Positions 12,101 to 24,872 of a DNA stretch of 64,000 nucleotides are shown in pieces. The translations under genes and the position numbers were made by a program. Source of the stretch: Amphiscolops sp. MND2022 (Eukaryota); contig OZ076417.1 of assembly GCA_964187785.1 (NCBI GenBank), forward strand, positions 20,522,001-20,586,000, in the 5' to 3' direction. Below the pieces are notes generated by a model. It did not search any database and was not told the DNA's origin. It was given only the letters and a program-made list of their open reading frames with translations. Numbering within the stretch: position 1 is the first letter of the stretch; each line of letters starts with the position of its first letter.

Positions 12101-13218
12101 GCCGAAATGTCTGTGTCACGAATTAGTGACGTCTATATTCAAGCGAACGCGAAGATGACCGTGTCATCCGAAATGTCATAAATCTTGTACAAAATAGAAA
12201 CAACGCTACAGTTGCACGCCTTCCCCCTCCTTGGAGGGAAAAATTCAATTCATTTTCTGTTAGCGAGTCCGGATTACTGTATATGGACAATCGTTTGGTG
12301 ATCCCCAAACACATGCGAGAAAACGTCTTTCGAGCGATTCATTTGGGGCATGCGAGACGAGATGCGATGCTAAGGGAAGCAGCGGACTTATGGTGGCCAC
12401 GCGTCCATAGACAAATCGTGGAAAAAGCCAAAAACTGCGCACAAAGCCAACAAGCAGGTAAGAACCAAAAATGCTTAAAGTCGCAAAAAGAATTTGAAAA
12501 AGTTCCGGAATTAATTGAACCGCACGAAGAGGTTGCTCTAGATTTTGCGGGACCGTTCCAAAATGCAAACCAAAAGAAAAATTTTTTGTTAGTGTCTGTA
12601 GATATCCACTCAGGAAGGCCGGATGCGCTTTTTTTACCAAATCCTACAACAGAAAAAGTAATTGAATTTTGGTCAGAATATATAGCTGCTAATGGAATAC
12701 CAAAAAGAATCCGAACCGACCCTGGAACTGTTTTCAAAAGTGATAAACTTTAAGAATTTTGCACGAAAAACTTTATTGAACATACCGTATGCCTAGTCAG
12801 AGATCACAGGGGAAACGGTAAAGAGAATGATTCGCACAATCAATGAGAGACTGAGAACAAACAAAGAAATCATAATATCAAAAGAGAAAGAAGAATTGCC
12901 AAAACAATTATCTGCCCTGAGGTCAGAAAGAGGGTCGAGCGGAAAATCAGCGTTTGAAAAACATATAAGGAGAAAACCTAACGCACCAAAATTACGCTTA
13001 ATCGAAAAATGTCTTTCAGAGAAAACCCAGCCATAGAGATAGAGCCGGAGGATTTTGGTGAAGAAGGTGATGCTGATTCGACGATTCTAGTGAGAGAAAG
13101 AGTCCGCGGAACAAAATTAGAGAGAGCATTTAAGAAGGTGGAAGGACAAGTAGTGAGACAATCCAACAATACTATAACAGTACTTCCAAACGCCAGCAAG
13201 AAAGAAACCATGTTCTAA
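9179..13218 (+). pseudogene. Fragmented gag-pol of element 2
   Basis: ORF pieces 9179-9550, 9640-9957, 10049-10300, 10784-11380 (RT), 11356-11652 and 11630-12181 (RNase H and linker), 12283-12753 (integrase), with many stops and frameshifts. Confidence 0.9.
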
Positions 13219-14013
13219 ACGAGATGTAAAAAAAGAAACACTCTAAACGAGATGTAGCTACAGGCGCCAAAAGGGAAAGTAAAAACAAAAGACAAAAGCA
13301 AAAGAAAGAGGAAAAAAGGACGAAGGCGACAAAATCGAGCGAAATGGCAATAAGGCCGAAAGGACAAAATTCAAATGGAAGGTAATCGAAAGCGACACTG
13401 AATCAGAAGACCTAGGTCAATTCCCCAACCCAGAACCGTACATAGCCACGATTCCAGAGACAAACGAGAAAGCAAATGAAGAAGAAAAAAACTCAGAGGA
13501 ACCCCAAATGAAGAAGGACACAAAGAGCAGTGTTAACGTGGGAGAACAACCGCCGATCTCAACTGACAAAGAAGAAATTCGAAGGCTCCCTATATCAGGA
13601 ACAGTGAAATGGGAAAAGGCAAGAAGCTCGGCACGAGTATCAAAGAAGCCGGAAAGATGGGGTCACAACGTAATGGTGACAAAAATAGAAGCAACGTCAA
13701 GTGCGGAGGAAGAAAGTCTCCCAAGGGTATTCGAAATCCAAAAACCGAATACAAACTAACTCTCGCAAACCAAACTTTCAAAAAACTGTAGACAATGTAA
13801 TAGTTGTCAACTTGTGCTTTTTGTGTTAACCTTGTGGTTATCCCAGTGTGCTGTATTTACATTATTACCTAAATACACCCTAGAGTGTTACACTTTAGTT
13901 GATACAAAAAGAGTATGCTCACTGTAAAAAAGTTATACAACCAATTTGTACTACTAACAAAAGAAAATCAATGAAGTCCCTTGTACTGAAAAAACCCCAG
14001 TGCTGAGCATTTT

Positions 14014-17000
14014 TATTTTCCGCCCATATTTCATATGGGAAAGGAAAATATTTAAATCGAACGGGTTTTTTTTTACAAAATTTGCCAAGAATTTATTTAT
14101 ATCAAAGCTAAAGGGTTTCACCCATAGAATTCAGCTCACATAAATTTAGCTTCGTGTGAATTGTATTTGTGGAGATTTCCGGACTTTTTTAGTTGACCCC
14201 AAGGACCCCAGAATGACCCCAAAATAACTTAAAAATGACACCAAAAAAAAGAAAATTTGCATTTTTTTACGTTTTAATGCAATTTTTGTCGAGTTTCCGA
14301 TAAATGTCGTGTATTAGAATGTTGAAAAGATTCACAAAGGCAAAAACTCGTTGTCCAGTAGTCGTTTATGAAGAGATAAATGCGGATTTTTGGAAAGAAA
14401 AAGACCCAAAAATGACAAAGAAAACCAAAAATTTCCAGATTTTTAACGTTTTTAAGCAGTTTTTATCAAATTTTCGATAGAATTCGTGGACTAGAATGTT
14501 GAAAACGATCAACATGGTACAAGGTTTGTTGTCCAGTAGGCGTTTCCGAAGAGAAAATGGCTGTTTTTTTGCTGAAAAAAGTCTCAAATTGACACCGAAA
14601 ATGACAAAAGTCCCTAAATTTTCCACTTTTCAAAGTTTCTACGCATTTCTCGTCAAATTTTGGAGACTTCGTGGATTGGAATGTTTAAGGGGTCAACAAG
14701 GAAAACGTTGGTTGTCCAGTGACCATTTTTAAAAGTTTATTGCAATATTCTAAATGAAAATGTCTCAAATTGACACCGAAATTGACAAAAAACACAAAAT
14801 TTTCCAATTTTCAAAGTAAAGTTTTAAGCCTTTTTTGTTAAAGTTTCACAGACTTCGTGGATTGGAATGTTTTAAGGGGTCAACAAGGAAAACGTTGGTT
14901 GTCCAGTGACCATTTTTAAGAGTTTATTGCATTATTCTAAATGAAACTGTCTCAAATTGACACCGAAATTGACAAAAAACACAAAATTTTCCAATTTTCA
15001 AAGTAAAGTTTTAAGCCTTTTTTGTTAAAGTTTCACAGACTTCGTGGATTGGAATGTTTTGAAGGGTCAAAAATGAAAAAAATGGTACGTCCCGTAGTCT
15101 TTAATGAAGACAATTGCAATATTCTGATTGAAAATGTCTCAAATTGACACCGAAATTGACAAAAAACACAAAATTTTCCAACTTTCGAAGTAAACTTTTA
15201 TGCATTTTTTGTTAAAGTGTCACAGACTTCGTGGATTGGAATGTTTTGAAGGGTCAACAATGAAACAATTGGTACGTCCCGTAGTCTTTAATGAAGACAT
15301 AATTGCAATATTCTGATTGAAAATGTCTCAAATTGACACCGAAAATTACAAAAATCCCAAAATTTTCCAATTTTCAAAGATTTCATGCATTTTTTCCACA
15401 TTTTTGACAGACTTCGACAATTGGAACGTTGAAAAGGGTCAACAAGGAAAATAAGTGTTGTCTAGTATGCTTAGAAAAGAGATAAACACAGTTTTTCAAT
15501 AGGAAATTGTCCGGAATCGAGATAGAAAAAGACAAAATTTCGAAAAATTATCAAATTCTTTTTTTCCACTTTTTGTCAAAATATCGATAGACTTCGTGGA
15601 CTACAGTGTTTAAACGCTTAAAGCGTGGACAAACTTGTTGTTTCGGTGAGCCTTGGAAAACTGAATATTTTGGAAAAACTGAAAATTTCCAAGTTGTTTT
15701 TACATTTTCAGGCAGTTTTTTGTTGTTATTTTGACCTACTTCCTTGCATAAAATGGTTTTAAACACTCAACACTAACTAATCCGGGTATCTCCAGTAGGC
15801 AATTTTCAACAGATAGCTGCATTTTTTGTTGGAATTGGTCTCAAAAACACCCAAAAATCCATGAAACAACAAAAAGCACAATGTTTGACAAACTAATCCC
15901 ATTTTTGTTCAAGCGATGAAAGTTTTTAAGGAAGAGAAATTTCATTGACCTCAGCATTTAAACAATAAAGTATTCAAAACGCAATTGTGGGAAAAATGGG
16001 CATGAAGTTCACCGAGTTTACAGCAAAGATGTCAAAGTTTCCAAACTTTCTTTATTTTCGACAATATAGTCCCAATTTTGGACACTTTCCTAAAACTTAC
16101 TTCAATCAGAAATATCATAGGCTCAGGATTGAAACGTCTAGCTACCGGTAGTGTTCCGAAAAGATATCAGACAAATATATTTGCACAACGTTCAAATACT
16201 TTACTTGAAAACGTAAATTTCAACCTCATTTGTCCAATATTTGTCATTCAAAAACCTCCAAGCAAATTCACAAGATATGGAGTACATCTTCCTAAGAAAG
16301 ATGTTTCGAGCTACTCGTGGGTTAGAATGGTGTAAACATTCAACAACAGCTAAACTCGGTGTCCAGTAGGCTTATTTTTGAAGAGACATCTGTAGATTCA
16401 TGTTCGAAAAGTTCCTCAAATTGACCCTAAAGTTGTCAAAACTATTTGCAATTTTTGACACTTCTGGTGAAACAATTTACAATAATATAACAAACCGGGA
16501 TCGCTCAACTTTCCTAAATTGGAAACAGACCTAATTTCAAGCTTTTACCATTTTCCCTTTTACCATTTATGGCGAAACTAGTTTCAGCTCGCGAAACTGC
16601 TTTTCTCAAGCCGAAATGTGCTATGAAAGCAAGGGGTACACTTTGACCAAATGAAAGTTTCGGAAAGAGGTATAGAGTCGAAAAAAACTTAAATGAGGTA
16701 TTTCCCACAATCAAGAAGAAAACTCATCAGTTCCACGTGATCAAATGTAACAAAGAGGTCACCCTCAAGACTCGGGAAACTTGTTTCCTTTACAGAAAAA
16801 CTCGAAAACTAAAAATTTTGAAAATTGTTTTTAAAAAGTTATTTTCAAAAAATTTATTGAAAACTTTGTTTTTTCTCGGTAAGTCGCATAGTGCCGAAAA
16901 AACAAAAAGTGGCCAGCTCTCTGAAATGATAAATTAGGGGTTTCCCTTAAAATGGGATACGATGAATCAAAGTTTTCTTTTCTTCGAACTTATTGGCATT

Positions 17001-17096
17001 TTTATAGTGCATTGGCTTATTCTTGAGCCTCAAACTTATGTAGTTGTAGAACAGTTCGGGGCGGAAAATATCCCGCTGCTCAGCGGGCGTCTTGTA
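14014..17096 (+). mobile_element. Helentron/DINE-1-like element, family 2 (3.1 kb), with an internal tandem array
   Basis: 5' end: T-run, then TATTTTCCGCCC...GGGAAAGGAAAATA stem-loop. 3' end: inverted subterminal repeat GGGCGGAAAATA (17059-17070), hairpin CCCGCTG-CT-CAGCGGG, then CGTCTTGT. Lies between the integrase tail and the PPT of element 2. Confidence 0.75.
14210..16450. repeat. Tandem repeat array with a ~185-bp unit, degenerate toward both ends
   Basis: The motif GTCTCAAATTGACACCGAAA recurs at about 14581, 14762, 14949, 15136 and 15325, with weaker copies on either side. Confidence 0.9.
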
Positions 17097-17112
17097 TTAA
17101 TAAAAGGGTGAG

Positions 17113-17313
17113 TTTGGTAGATGCCTTATTCATGATAACACTATTGTGTAAGAAGACAATTGTGTGAAACTATGTATTTGATAATAACCTGCCAAATGTT
17201 ACCAAAGTGGCAAAGTTAGCATCATTGCCATTTCTGTGTATATCGTTCATAATACAGTTTACAAACAAATTCTCTTCTATTCCGAATTGCAGTTGGCACG
17301 CAGGTCTATAACA
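17113..17313 (+). repeat. 3' LTR of element 2
   Basis: Aligns with 8931-9131, preceded by the purine tract AAAAGGGTGAG and followed by the TSD CTGTC. Confidence 0.9.
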
Positions 17314-18147
17314 CTGTCCATACGATTCGAATGAATATTTCTACAGTCATTCTACACCATATCATGGTCCTTTATATGCAATTTCATCCAGTTCGTATTG
17401 CTGGGATATGAGAAACATAGCCAAAATTAACCCAAAAATGGCCAAAAAACAGTCATTTTTCGACTTTTTTGAATTTTGCAAAAACTGTCCAAAAGATTGG
17501 AATGAAAAGTTCTACAGTCATTTTCTACACCATTATGGTCTATGTGTATGGTCTATGTGTGCAGTTTCAATAAATTCGTATAACTGGGATTGGAGCGAGT
17601 CAGAAGGAAAAAACCCTAAGCCGACCCCTTTACCGCATATGCGGCTCTGGTCTCAATAACTCGGTGTACGAATGCATAATTACCACTCGCTCATTCCATC
17701 GCACGAGAAACGATTTGTTGTCGGCAGCTTGAGAAATTTAATTCTCACACTTACCACTCACTGTCGAACAATTGTTTAAGTTTTCCACTTTATTACACCT
17801 TATGCATTATCCAAGAGCCGGCTCCTGATATACATCGGTTATAATTGATTGTGGGTCGCCTTACTTTTTTCTGTGTTCACTGTCAATGGTAGCGAACCGA
17901 AAAATTGCTTCATGCATCAATATTTTCCCAAAAAATAAAAATTAATAAAATGGTACCGAAATGTCGCTTTGTCGGTTAAAAACTTCGCCCATTTCTCTGA
18001 TTCTTCGAACATAGTATTTAACATAGCTGTAGCTCATTCGCAGCGAGCTTGAAAAAGTCTCAAATGTCTTGAACAAAAGATTTTGAGGTGTACTATGGAG
18101 ATCTCGTTGAATTGTGATTTGATTTTTGTTGGTTTGTTTGCTTGCAG

Positions 18148-18275
18148 CTTACATTCCGGTGATTCTGAACTCGGTCATCCACATCATCATGTACAGCTAC
18201 TACTTCTTGGCTGCCTTGGGTCCTGAGTACTCCAAGTACCTCTGGTGGAAGAAACACCTCACCAAGATGCAAATC
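18148..18275 (+). CDS. ELOVL: ELOVL elongase exon
   Basis: ttgcag|CT...ATC|gttagt. Phase 1 entry matches the previous exon. Translates [43 protein letters not shown] (NSxxHxxMYxYY and WWKK motifs). Confidence 0.95.
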
Positions 18276-19412
18276 GTTAGTTCACCTAGCTCACTCAAAC
18301 TGACTTCATCTTAATCTGATCATCTTATCACTGATGTGTGAAATGTAAAGTACTTCTGCGTTAGGATACAAGCCCTGTAGTAGGACTTTTCATTTCGTTA
18401 TACATATTTTTTTCATACATAGTTTTTTATTTTCACTTATCGTCTAGAGTTTTTTTTCCAAAATCTCAGAATCGAACAATTTTTTATTTTCACTTATCGT
18501 CTAGAGTTTTTTTCCAAACTCTCTGAAACCAACAGTTACGTTTTCATCAGAAAGTGGATCCATAGTGAAAAAACACATTATGAGAAAAGTAAAAGTATCG
18601 GTATCAAACGTGGATCTAAGAAGACCATCGGTGTTTTTCAAGCTGATGTCTGCGCAAATCGAATCTATCCAGAATAAAGAAAGACTTTTGGTATGGAAAA
18701 AATGTCATCAGTTCCTTGTTGATCACGACAAACTAACAAATTCTTCCAAAATTATCCGGAATAAGATTGAAGCCAGGCTACGAATTATAAGCTCTTGTTC
18801 GCCAAAGGTTTCCGGTCACCGCTGTTATGGACTGCGATTTGTCCAAAAGGTTGCAACAAAAACGCCCTGATTTTTTCCCCAGTACAGTTTCCTTTTGTAA
18901 GGAAGGTTTTCAAGTTTGAACCATCAAAATTCATTGCAAGTGTGTACCATTTGCAACCATATCTCATTTTGCTTTTGATGTTTATTGGTTCAAGTTTCCT
19001 TTCCAAACACCACTGATTTTCCCGTATCATTCTTAATTTGTCTCAACACTGCTCGACACTTTCAAAAAATTTCAAAAATGGAGTTTTTTCTCCTGTAACA
19101 TAGCTTGCTCTGGACGTTTAAACCTTCGGGAAATTCTCTCGCTCAGTATTTCGTCATTTGGTACTAAATCGCGTCAAATTTTTCTGTTCTTGTTTGAAAA
19201 CTCGAAACATTCTATGTTTGAAACACTTTCTGCTTTGTGTCATTTTTTCAACTGATTTATTCACTCAAAAACATGAAATGTGTCAAACTAGCTCTCTGGG
19301 GTTGTTAATTTCTTGTTTTCATATCTTGTTGATAGCATTCCGCTTAATGAAAAGTTGATCCTGGGACATTATTTTTTCATTTTTATTCGTAAGGGTTTCC
19401 TTTTTGTTTCAG

Positions 19413-19607
19413 ATCCAGTTTCTTCTGATCATAGCACAAGCAGTGGTGTCTCTCCATGCCAACTGCAACCCTGACTATAATTACATGCACTGGTTCATGA
19501 TTGTCTACATGCTGACCTTTGTCGTGCTTTTCGGTCATTTCTACCTGTCCAGGTACCTGAAGAACAAGCAAACAACTAGTCCCGCCAAGACCACCAAGCA
19601 ACAATAG
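19413..19607 (+). CDS. ELOVL: ELOVL elongase last coding exon
   Basis: tttcag|ATC CAG TTT, phase 0. Translates IQFLLIIAQAVVSLHANCNPDYNYMHWFMIVYMLTFVVLFGHFYLSRYLKNKQTTSPAKTTKQQ*. Confidence 0.93.
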   Translation: MQFLLIIAQAVVSLHANCNPDYNYMHWFMIVYMLTFVVLFGHFYLSRYLKNKQTTSPAKTTKQQ

Positions 19608-20697
19608 AAAAAACGGTCTTTCCTCGAAGGCTAGAAGCAATGCTTAATCGGTTGCGATTCAAAAAGTTATGTTCGGCTGCTCCTAAAATCTAGACTCTGA
19701 AAAATTCAGTCTGAGACCGCATTTCAAAAAAAAATTACTAGAAGAAGAAAAGGATTCAAACATTATTTTCCACTCGTCTGTCGACAACTTTTTCCCTTTT
19801 TGTTCAACTTATACAAATACTGTGTCATGTTTTCAAAAATGTCTTTGAATGAGAGAATATTTATAAAAGAATCTAATCTTATCGGTCTACTAACTCGGGC
19901 TTGTGTAACTTTTTGATAGTTCAAAGTGAATCAAAGTTCGCTCAATAGCGAGAGGTTTTCGGGGCCCAAGTAAAATGAGAAGTAGGTTGCAAGCAGCAGA
20001 CGGACATCTAAAAAGCAGTCGATCCAAAAAACGGGGAAACTCTGTGTCATTTTCGACAAGCTTGCTACTCAAAACAGAAGCGAAAAATGAGACAGATGGC
20101 GTATTATGATTACCACTCGTTAACAGCTTTGCAGTTATTGGATTTAGTTGTATCTATTTCAGTCTCTTGTTGCTACCCTTTTCGACATGCCTAATGTTGA
20201 CATTCTCTATTCGTTGCTGTGATGTTTATGTGAAGTTGGACAATATGATTATCAAATGTAAATTACAAAATCATAATTTGGTAATATTACAAGAAAATAT
20301 TTCCACGAGACCCCTTGAGTTTGTTGTAGTTTCATTTTGTTATCGAAATTGAAAGATATAATACTGAGAACCAATTGGCTGACCCAATTTCTATTCGGCT
20401 GTGTCCTTTAGATTTTGGAACAGCTAAAGAAGGTCCTATTATGTAAAATAAGAAGTATTTTCAATATCGATCAAACATTACATCATATGTGGCAAGATGA
20501 TATCAGCAGATATAAAGAAGTTATTATTTTCCGACCCCACAAATAAATTTGGGGGAGGAAAATCATGATCTGTGATGCGTTTTTTTTCCAAATTCTGCCA
20601 AATCTCCTCCCGACCTCACTTAGTTACTTGACTATTTTTTTTAGTTACTCGACTATTTTAGGAGCTAAAATAGTCAAGTAACTATTTATCTTACAGT

Positions 20698-20823
20698 GGG
20701 GAATAAGATCTAAAAACAAAAAAAGGGAATAAGATCTAACGGGCATAAAAACTAAAATTTCAGGACGGGAATAAGATCTAAAATCACTAAACTTTAAATC
20801 TTATTCTTTAGATCCTATTCCCC
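20698..20823. mobile_element. Small MITE-like element
   Basis: Terminal inverted repeats GGGGAATAAGATCTAAA / TTTAGATCCTATTCCCC, with internal direct copies of GGGAATAAGATCTAA. Confidence 0.55.
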
Positions 20824-20855
20824 TCCGAAAATAGCTATGGCTTAGTTGGTGAAGG

Positions 20856-20900
20856 CGAAAAGGGCGGAAAATATCCTGGTCTTATCGGGCGTCTTGTTTT
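20856..20900 (+). mobile_element. Isolated 3' end of Helentron-like family 2
   Basis: GGGCGGAAAATATCC...ATCGGGCGTCTTGTTTT matches 17059-17096. Confidence 0.6.
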
Positions 20901-20987
20901 AAATGAAAGTCATTAGCCGATATAAATGCACATTTCTGACACGTAATTTTTTGTCGCAATTTCAAGAAACCATAAAACGTTTTTTTA

Positions 20988-21460
20988 AACAGGCCCCTCC
21001 AGGGGCACATTACTATTTCTGCTTTAATCTTTCATTAATAATAGAATCATATCTGGAATACCAATACACTCCTGTTTAATCATTATTTAGCGCACAATTA
21101 ATCCATGTACCAGTTTACACCGGCTTTAATTCTTCTCGGACTAAAGAAAATATTTATAACTACTAAGCGTAGACGAAGTTTCGCATTCGCATTTGAATGC
21201 AGACGAAGCTTTCAACGAACAAATAACTAACACTCATTCGCTTCATCTCAATGACGTCAGCGTACGAATGCATAATTACCACTCGCTCGTTCCATCGCAC
21301 GAGAATTGAAATGTCGGCGGCAGCTTGAGGAACTTAATTCTCACGCTTACAGTCACTGCCGAACAGAATATCTGAATTATTCAGTAAAATACGAAGAATT
21401 TTACTGAGAAAAATAGACATCCTCAGATTTCAATAATATTCTTGCTACCGCAGAAATAAT
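20988..21460 (-). mobile_element. Helentron/DINE-1-like element, family 3, uninterrupted copy
   Basis: AAACAG-GCCCC-TCCA-GGGGC hairpin next to ATTACTATTTCTGC. The far end has the stem-loop TATTCTTGC-TACC-GCAGAAATAAT (inverted subterminal repeat) before an A-run. A shorter copy lies at 49233-49500. Confidence 0.72.
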
Positions 21461-22949
21461 AAAAAAGCACAGCGAAACATTGTGAAGCGTGGATACATAC
21501 CACTCACCCACGTTGACCTCCATACTCAGAATGTTGACCCATATGTCATAGTATAATCATGGTGGAAAATGACCTTCATAATATGACTAGCATGGCAACC
21601 ATTATGGTCATAGTATGAGTAACCATGTTCGAAAGTTTTCAAAAATTCGAAGTCCCCTTAGCGGAAAAGTTTGAAATTTGAAATACATCAAAAAGTGAAA
21701 AACTGACTCATTGGCTTGTTCTTGACTCAGAGACGAAATTATGAATAATTTGGATACTCTTCGCTGTCTTCCCATTGTTTTTTCGTTTCTAGATCAAATT
21801 GACCCAGGTCAGATCTGATCCCTGATATTTCAACAGTTGATTACCATGACTTAGCATCTAAATTGGCCTATTGTTCAATTTTTTTCCAGTCTGAAATTCT
21901 GAAATTTTTTATGATTTTCAGGTGCATTGAGACACAACGGAGGCCACGTTCTCGTCAAGTGAGATACTATGTATGTCACGAGCTGAGTGCCTCCTTAAAA
22001 ATACAGCATTAGGACTCGGTAACCAATTTGTGAACTTTGTTTACAAGAGGTTGCCATGTCCGACATCTCGATTTTCAATCTAGAATTCATCCTTCCTCAT
22101 ACTATGATCATGTTATGTTCATTCTATTAAACATGATGGATCACACTTTGAAACATGGTCGCCATGGTACGCTCTTGGCATGATCATTGAATGGTGAGTA
22201 TGTTTGGTCAATCTGGGCACCGATTAAAGTTAATGAACGAAGTTAATCAGCAGAATATTACCCGCGTTTTTATGTCTCATCCTCAGGTTTTTTAAGGATT
22301 ATGATTCGTTTTCACTCACAATTTGCTTTCTTATGAAATATGCAAAGTTCTTTTACATGATTAATGCAAGCATTTTTGTTGAGGTATTTCAAGCGAACTT
22401 CAACTTCATCCTGAAACGTTTCGCTTATTTATTTTGTGAATCATTTTCCTTAAAAAATCTTACAATCCGGAAAATGATTTCGAAACATTTGAAAAAATTA
22501 GGTGTCTACAGATCTGAAAACTAATTCATGCAAAAATGCATACAGCATATAAAAATGGCGACATAGAATCAAGTAGTTCCATCGCCTCCTCAGTGGCGAG
22601 AATCAATTCGAAAAAAAACGTTAGTAATTTGTGTACACCGCATTTCCAATTGTTATACACATTAAATACAGTTTGAAAAGATTCGAAAATTCGAATTTCG
22701 GCCTACTTCCTAAGAAAACCTATTGAAATTTGGAAACAATTTGATCTACTATAAGGATAACAGCTCGGACACAACACATTTTAAAACCGGACGTACAAAA
22801 ACGGCGGTATCAAAATTCAATTTCAAAGGAGATGAAAATTGAACTCTCACCTCAAATATTGATCTCTTTGTGTTGAAAAGCAACTAACTTCAAAAGAAGT
22901 CGTTAAATACCAGAAATACCAAACGTGACCTTTCAGTCTAAAAAAAAAG

Positions 22950-23450
22950 ATTCTCTCACAAGGAAACCACAAAATCGACTACAAAACCCTTTGAAGGATG
23001 ATTTTCTTCCAAAAATAGTCGCACAGTGCTGACATTACCACCAGCGCGTGAAATCTCTAGTCTCAAAAAAGGCGTTTTTCTAATAGAAGACATAAAAAAT
23101 GGAAAAGGGACCTTTAATGAAATGAAAAAAGCAGTTCCAAAAAAAAACAAAAGAATTTTAAATTTGTATGGTTACTTTCGAACGCAAAAATTTTGGAGTC
23201 TCGATAGGCTAAACGATTCGTCAACCACGAAATTAAAGCTCGATAAAGGCAAACTGTTTCTTAAGAAGTCGTAATGATCGTCAATTTCTGGGTGATAGTT
23301 TTTCGCAGTTTTTTGTTGAAGTTTCCAATAATGCGATGAATGGTTTTTGGGGTACAGTCCAGAATCTCAGCAATGCGTACTTTTTCAAATCCTCGTGTAA
23401 AGAGTCGAAAGGCAACTTCACTGCCTTCTGTTGATAGATAAACTTTCATT
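22950..23450 (-). pseudogene. Possible Tc1/mariner transposase N-terminal relic
   Basis: MKVYLSTEGSEVAFRLFTRGFEKVRIAEILDCTPKTIHRII resembles a paired-like HTH, and NVSTVRLFLEE lies downstream. No DDE domain or clear TIRs found. Confidence 0.35.
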
Positions 23451-24625
23451 CTTTGAAACGAATTCAATCCAAATTTTTGAAAATGAGATCCTCTTATTGA
23501 AAATGGACATGATGAAAGAAAAAAAATGTTTTTCACACCGGTTTTAAAAGTTGGTTAATTTTTGTGCACGACTTCTTCCGAAAATCAGAAAAAGAAGAGA
23601 CCATATCCACTTGAAGCTGTCTGGTTTTCTTTTTTTTAAAAAACGGGACAACTATTCTGTGCAATGACTGTAGAAGACTAGCAACTACTTGGGCTCAACA
23701 AAGTCAACAGGATGTATATGAGATCATCTGGCAGTTCGATGTTTCTCAGGAAACGCACCAACTTTCACGAAACGGCACGTCTTCTATCTTTGCCAGACAT
23801 CAAGAAAAGTTTTTACTCGAGAAACTAATTAGTATGGCTTTTTTTCGTCATTATCAATTGCATCGTCTCGCAGCTCACTATTTTATTGCTTTGATATCTG
23901 AGTTCTTGGAACATTTTGATGTTTTTCACTAACTCGAAAAAATTGTAATAGGGAGACACGTGGAAAACCTGAATTAAAATCGATATAAATAGAACAATTT
24001 ATACAAATATAATATGAAACAAGCAGGCAAAATAATTCGGTGAATTGCAGTCTAAAAACCGCGACGTGTAATCCATCAAAAACCAATATATTAATTATTA
24101 TTCGAAAGTTAACAATCACCATCATGCTCATTGAATCAAAAACAATTCGGGGCAATTCATTTAAACACGTTGTCATCATTCGAATTCGTAAGTATTGCGC
24201 AAAAAATACCAAAAACTTCCAACTTCCAGGTTGAAACTGAAAATCACTAAAGCAGAACTATCCTGATGAAAATGTACGACGAATTTTCTGTCTAATAAGG
24301 ACCAGAGGATAGGAAAACTCTTGTACAAAAAGTTGAGCATTAGGGCAAATAACATTTATTGGTGCGAAGAACAATCACAAAATCCAAAAATCCAGAGGAC
24401 AACGCATTAAAAATTTGGCACAACTTTGGGTTGAAGATTAAATTCCCATATTGTGGGGAACTTCGTGTCTCCTGGCTTGTTTCATTAACTGACAGTTTGG
24501 GGATAGAAATATTTTTTCTGATGGATAAGCATACCTAGTTTTTGACCAAAATATTGTTTTCATTCATAAATTGTAGGATAATAAAACCAACCGGTCATCT
24601 CCAGTAACGCTTTCAGTAGAATCAA

Positions 24626-24872
24626 CCCTAGTTGAGAAAAATGATAGTTGCAAGGATCTTCCAAGATCATTGCATTCTTCAATGCATTCCTTGAAAGATC
24701 TGGCAGGTAAATATAAAGTAATGTAATCCTTGTAAGATCCAACGAAACACCTTTCTGGCTAAATCTTGCAAGGAACTATTTTAAGCAAGGATCTGGCAAG
24801 GTTCTTCCAAGGAATCCATGAAATGCATTATCTTGCAAGATCCTTGCAAGGAAAGCATTTTTCTCAGCCAAA
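24626..24872. mobile_element. MITE family with TIR CCCT(A/G)GTTGAGAAAAATG and palindrome-rich interior, copy 1
   Basis: Left end CCCTAGTTGAGAAAAATG, right end CATTTTTCTCAGCCA; interior rich in CTTGCAAG and AAGATCT(T). Confidence 0.65.

Larger units (their letters stand above)
8931..17313 (+). mobile_element. Ty3/gypsy LTR retrotransposon (element 2), old and degenerate
   Basis: LTRs at 8931-9131 and 17113-17313 (about 20 differences in ~200 bp, by eye), TSD CTGTC (8926-8930, 17314-17318), PBS at 9132. Fragments of gag (CNNCGKKGHLEKLC), protease (MIDMGS), RT (FIDD), RNase H (CDGSKQALGA, SDHKAL) and integrase (LDFAGP, TDPG). Confidence 0.93.
8639..17651 (+). mobile_element. Helentron/DINE-1-like element, family 4, interrupted by gypsy element 2
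   Basis: 5' end TT-AGGAGTCGGAAAAAATTTTCGACT (subterminal repeat plus inverted repeat). 3' end CCGACCCCT followed by the hairpin CCGCAT-ATGCGG. Partial minus-strand copies at about 45590-45825, 48040-48230 and 49510-49745. Confidence 0.72.
8418..17770 (-). mobile_element. Helentron/DINE-1-like non-autonomous element, family 3, split by nested insertions (pieces ~8418-8638 and ~17652-17770)
   Basis: Starts AAAAGTAGGCCCC-TGC-GGGGC-ATAGTATTATTTCTGC. Joining the two pieces restores the sequence of the uninterrupted copy at 20988-21460. Confidence 0.75.

Noticed and set aside
14210-16450. Regular repeat array considered as CRISPR-like
   Set aside because: Whole ~185-bp units are duplicated; there are no unique spacers and the context is eukaryotic.
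22779-23549. 12-bp inverted repeat TTTTAAAACCGG/CCGGTTTTAAAA as TIRs of the Tc1 relic
   Set aside because: The match does not extend convincingly, no TA duplication is present, and the sequence is low-complexity.
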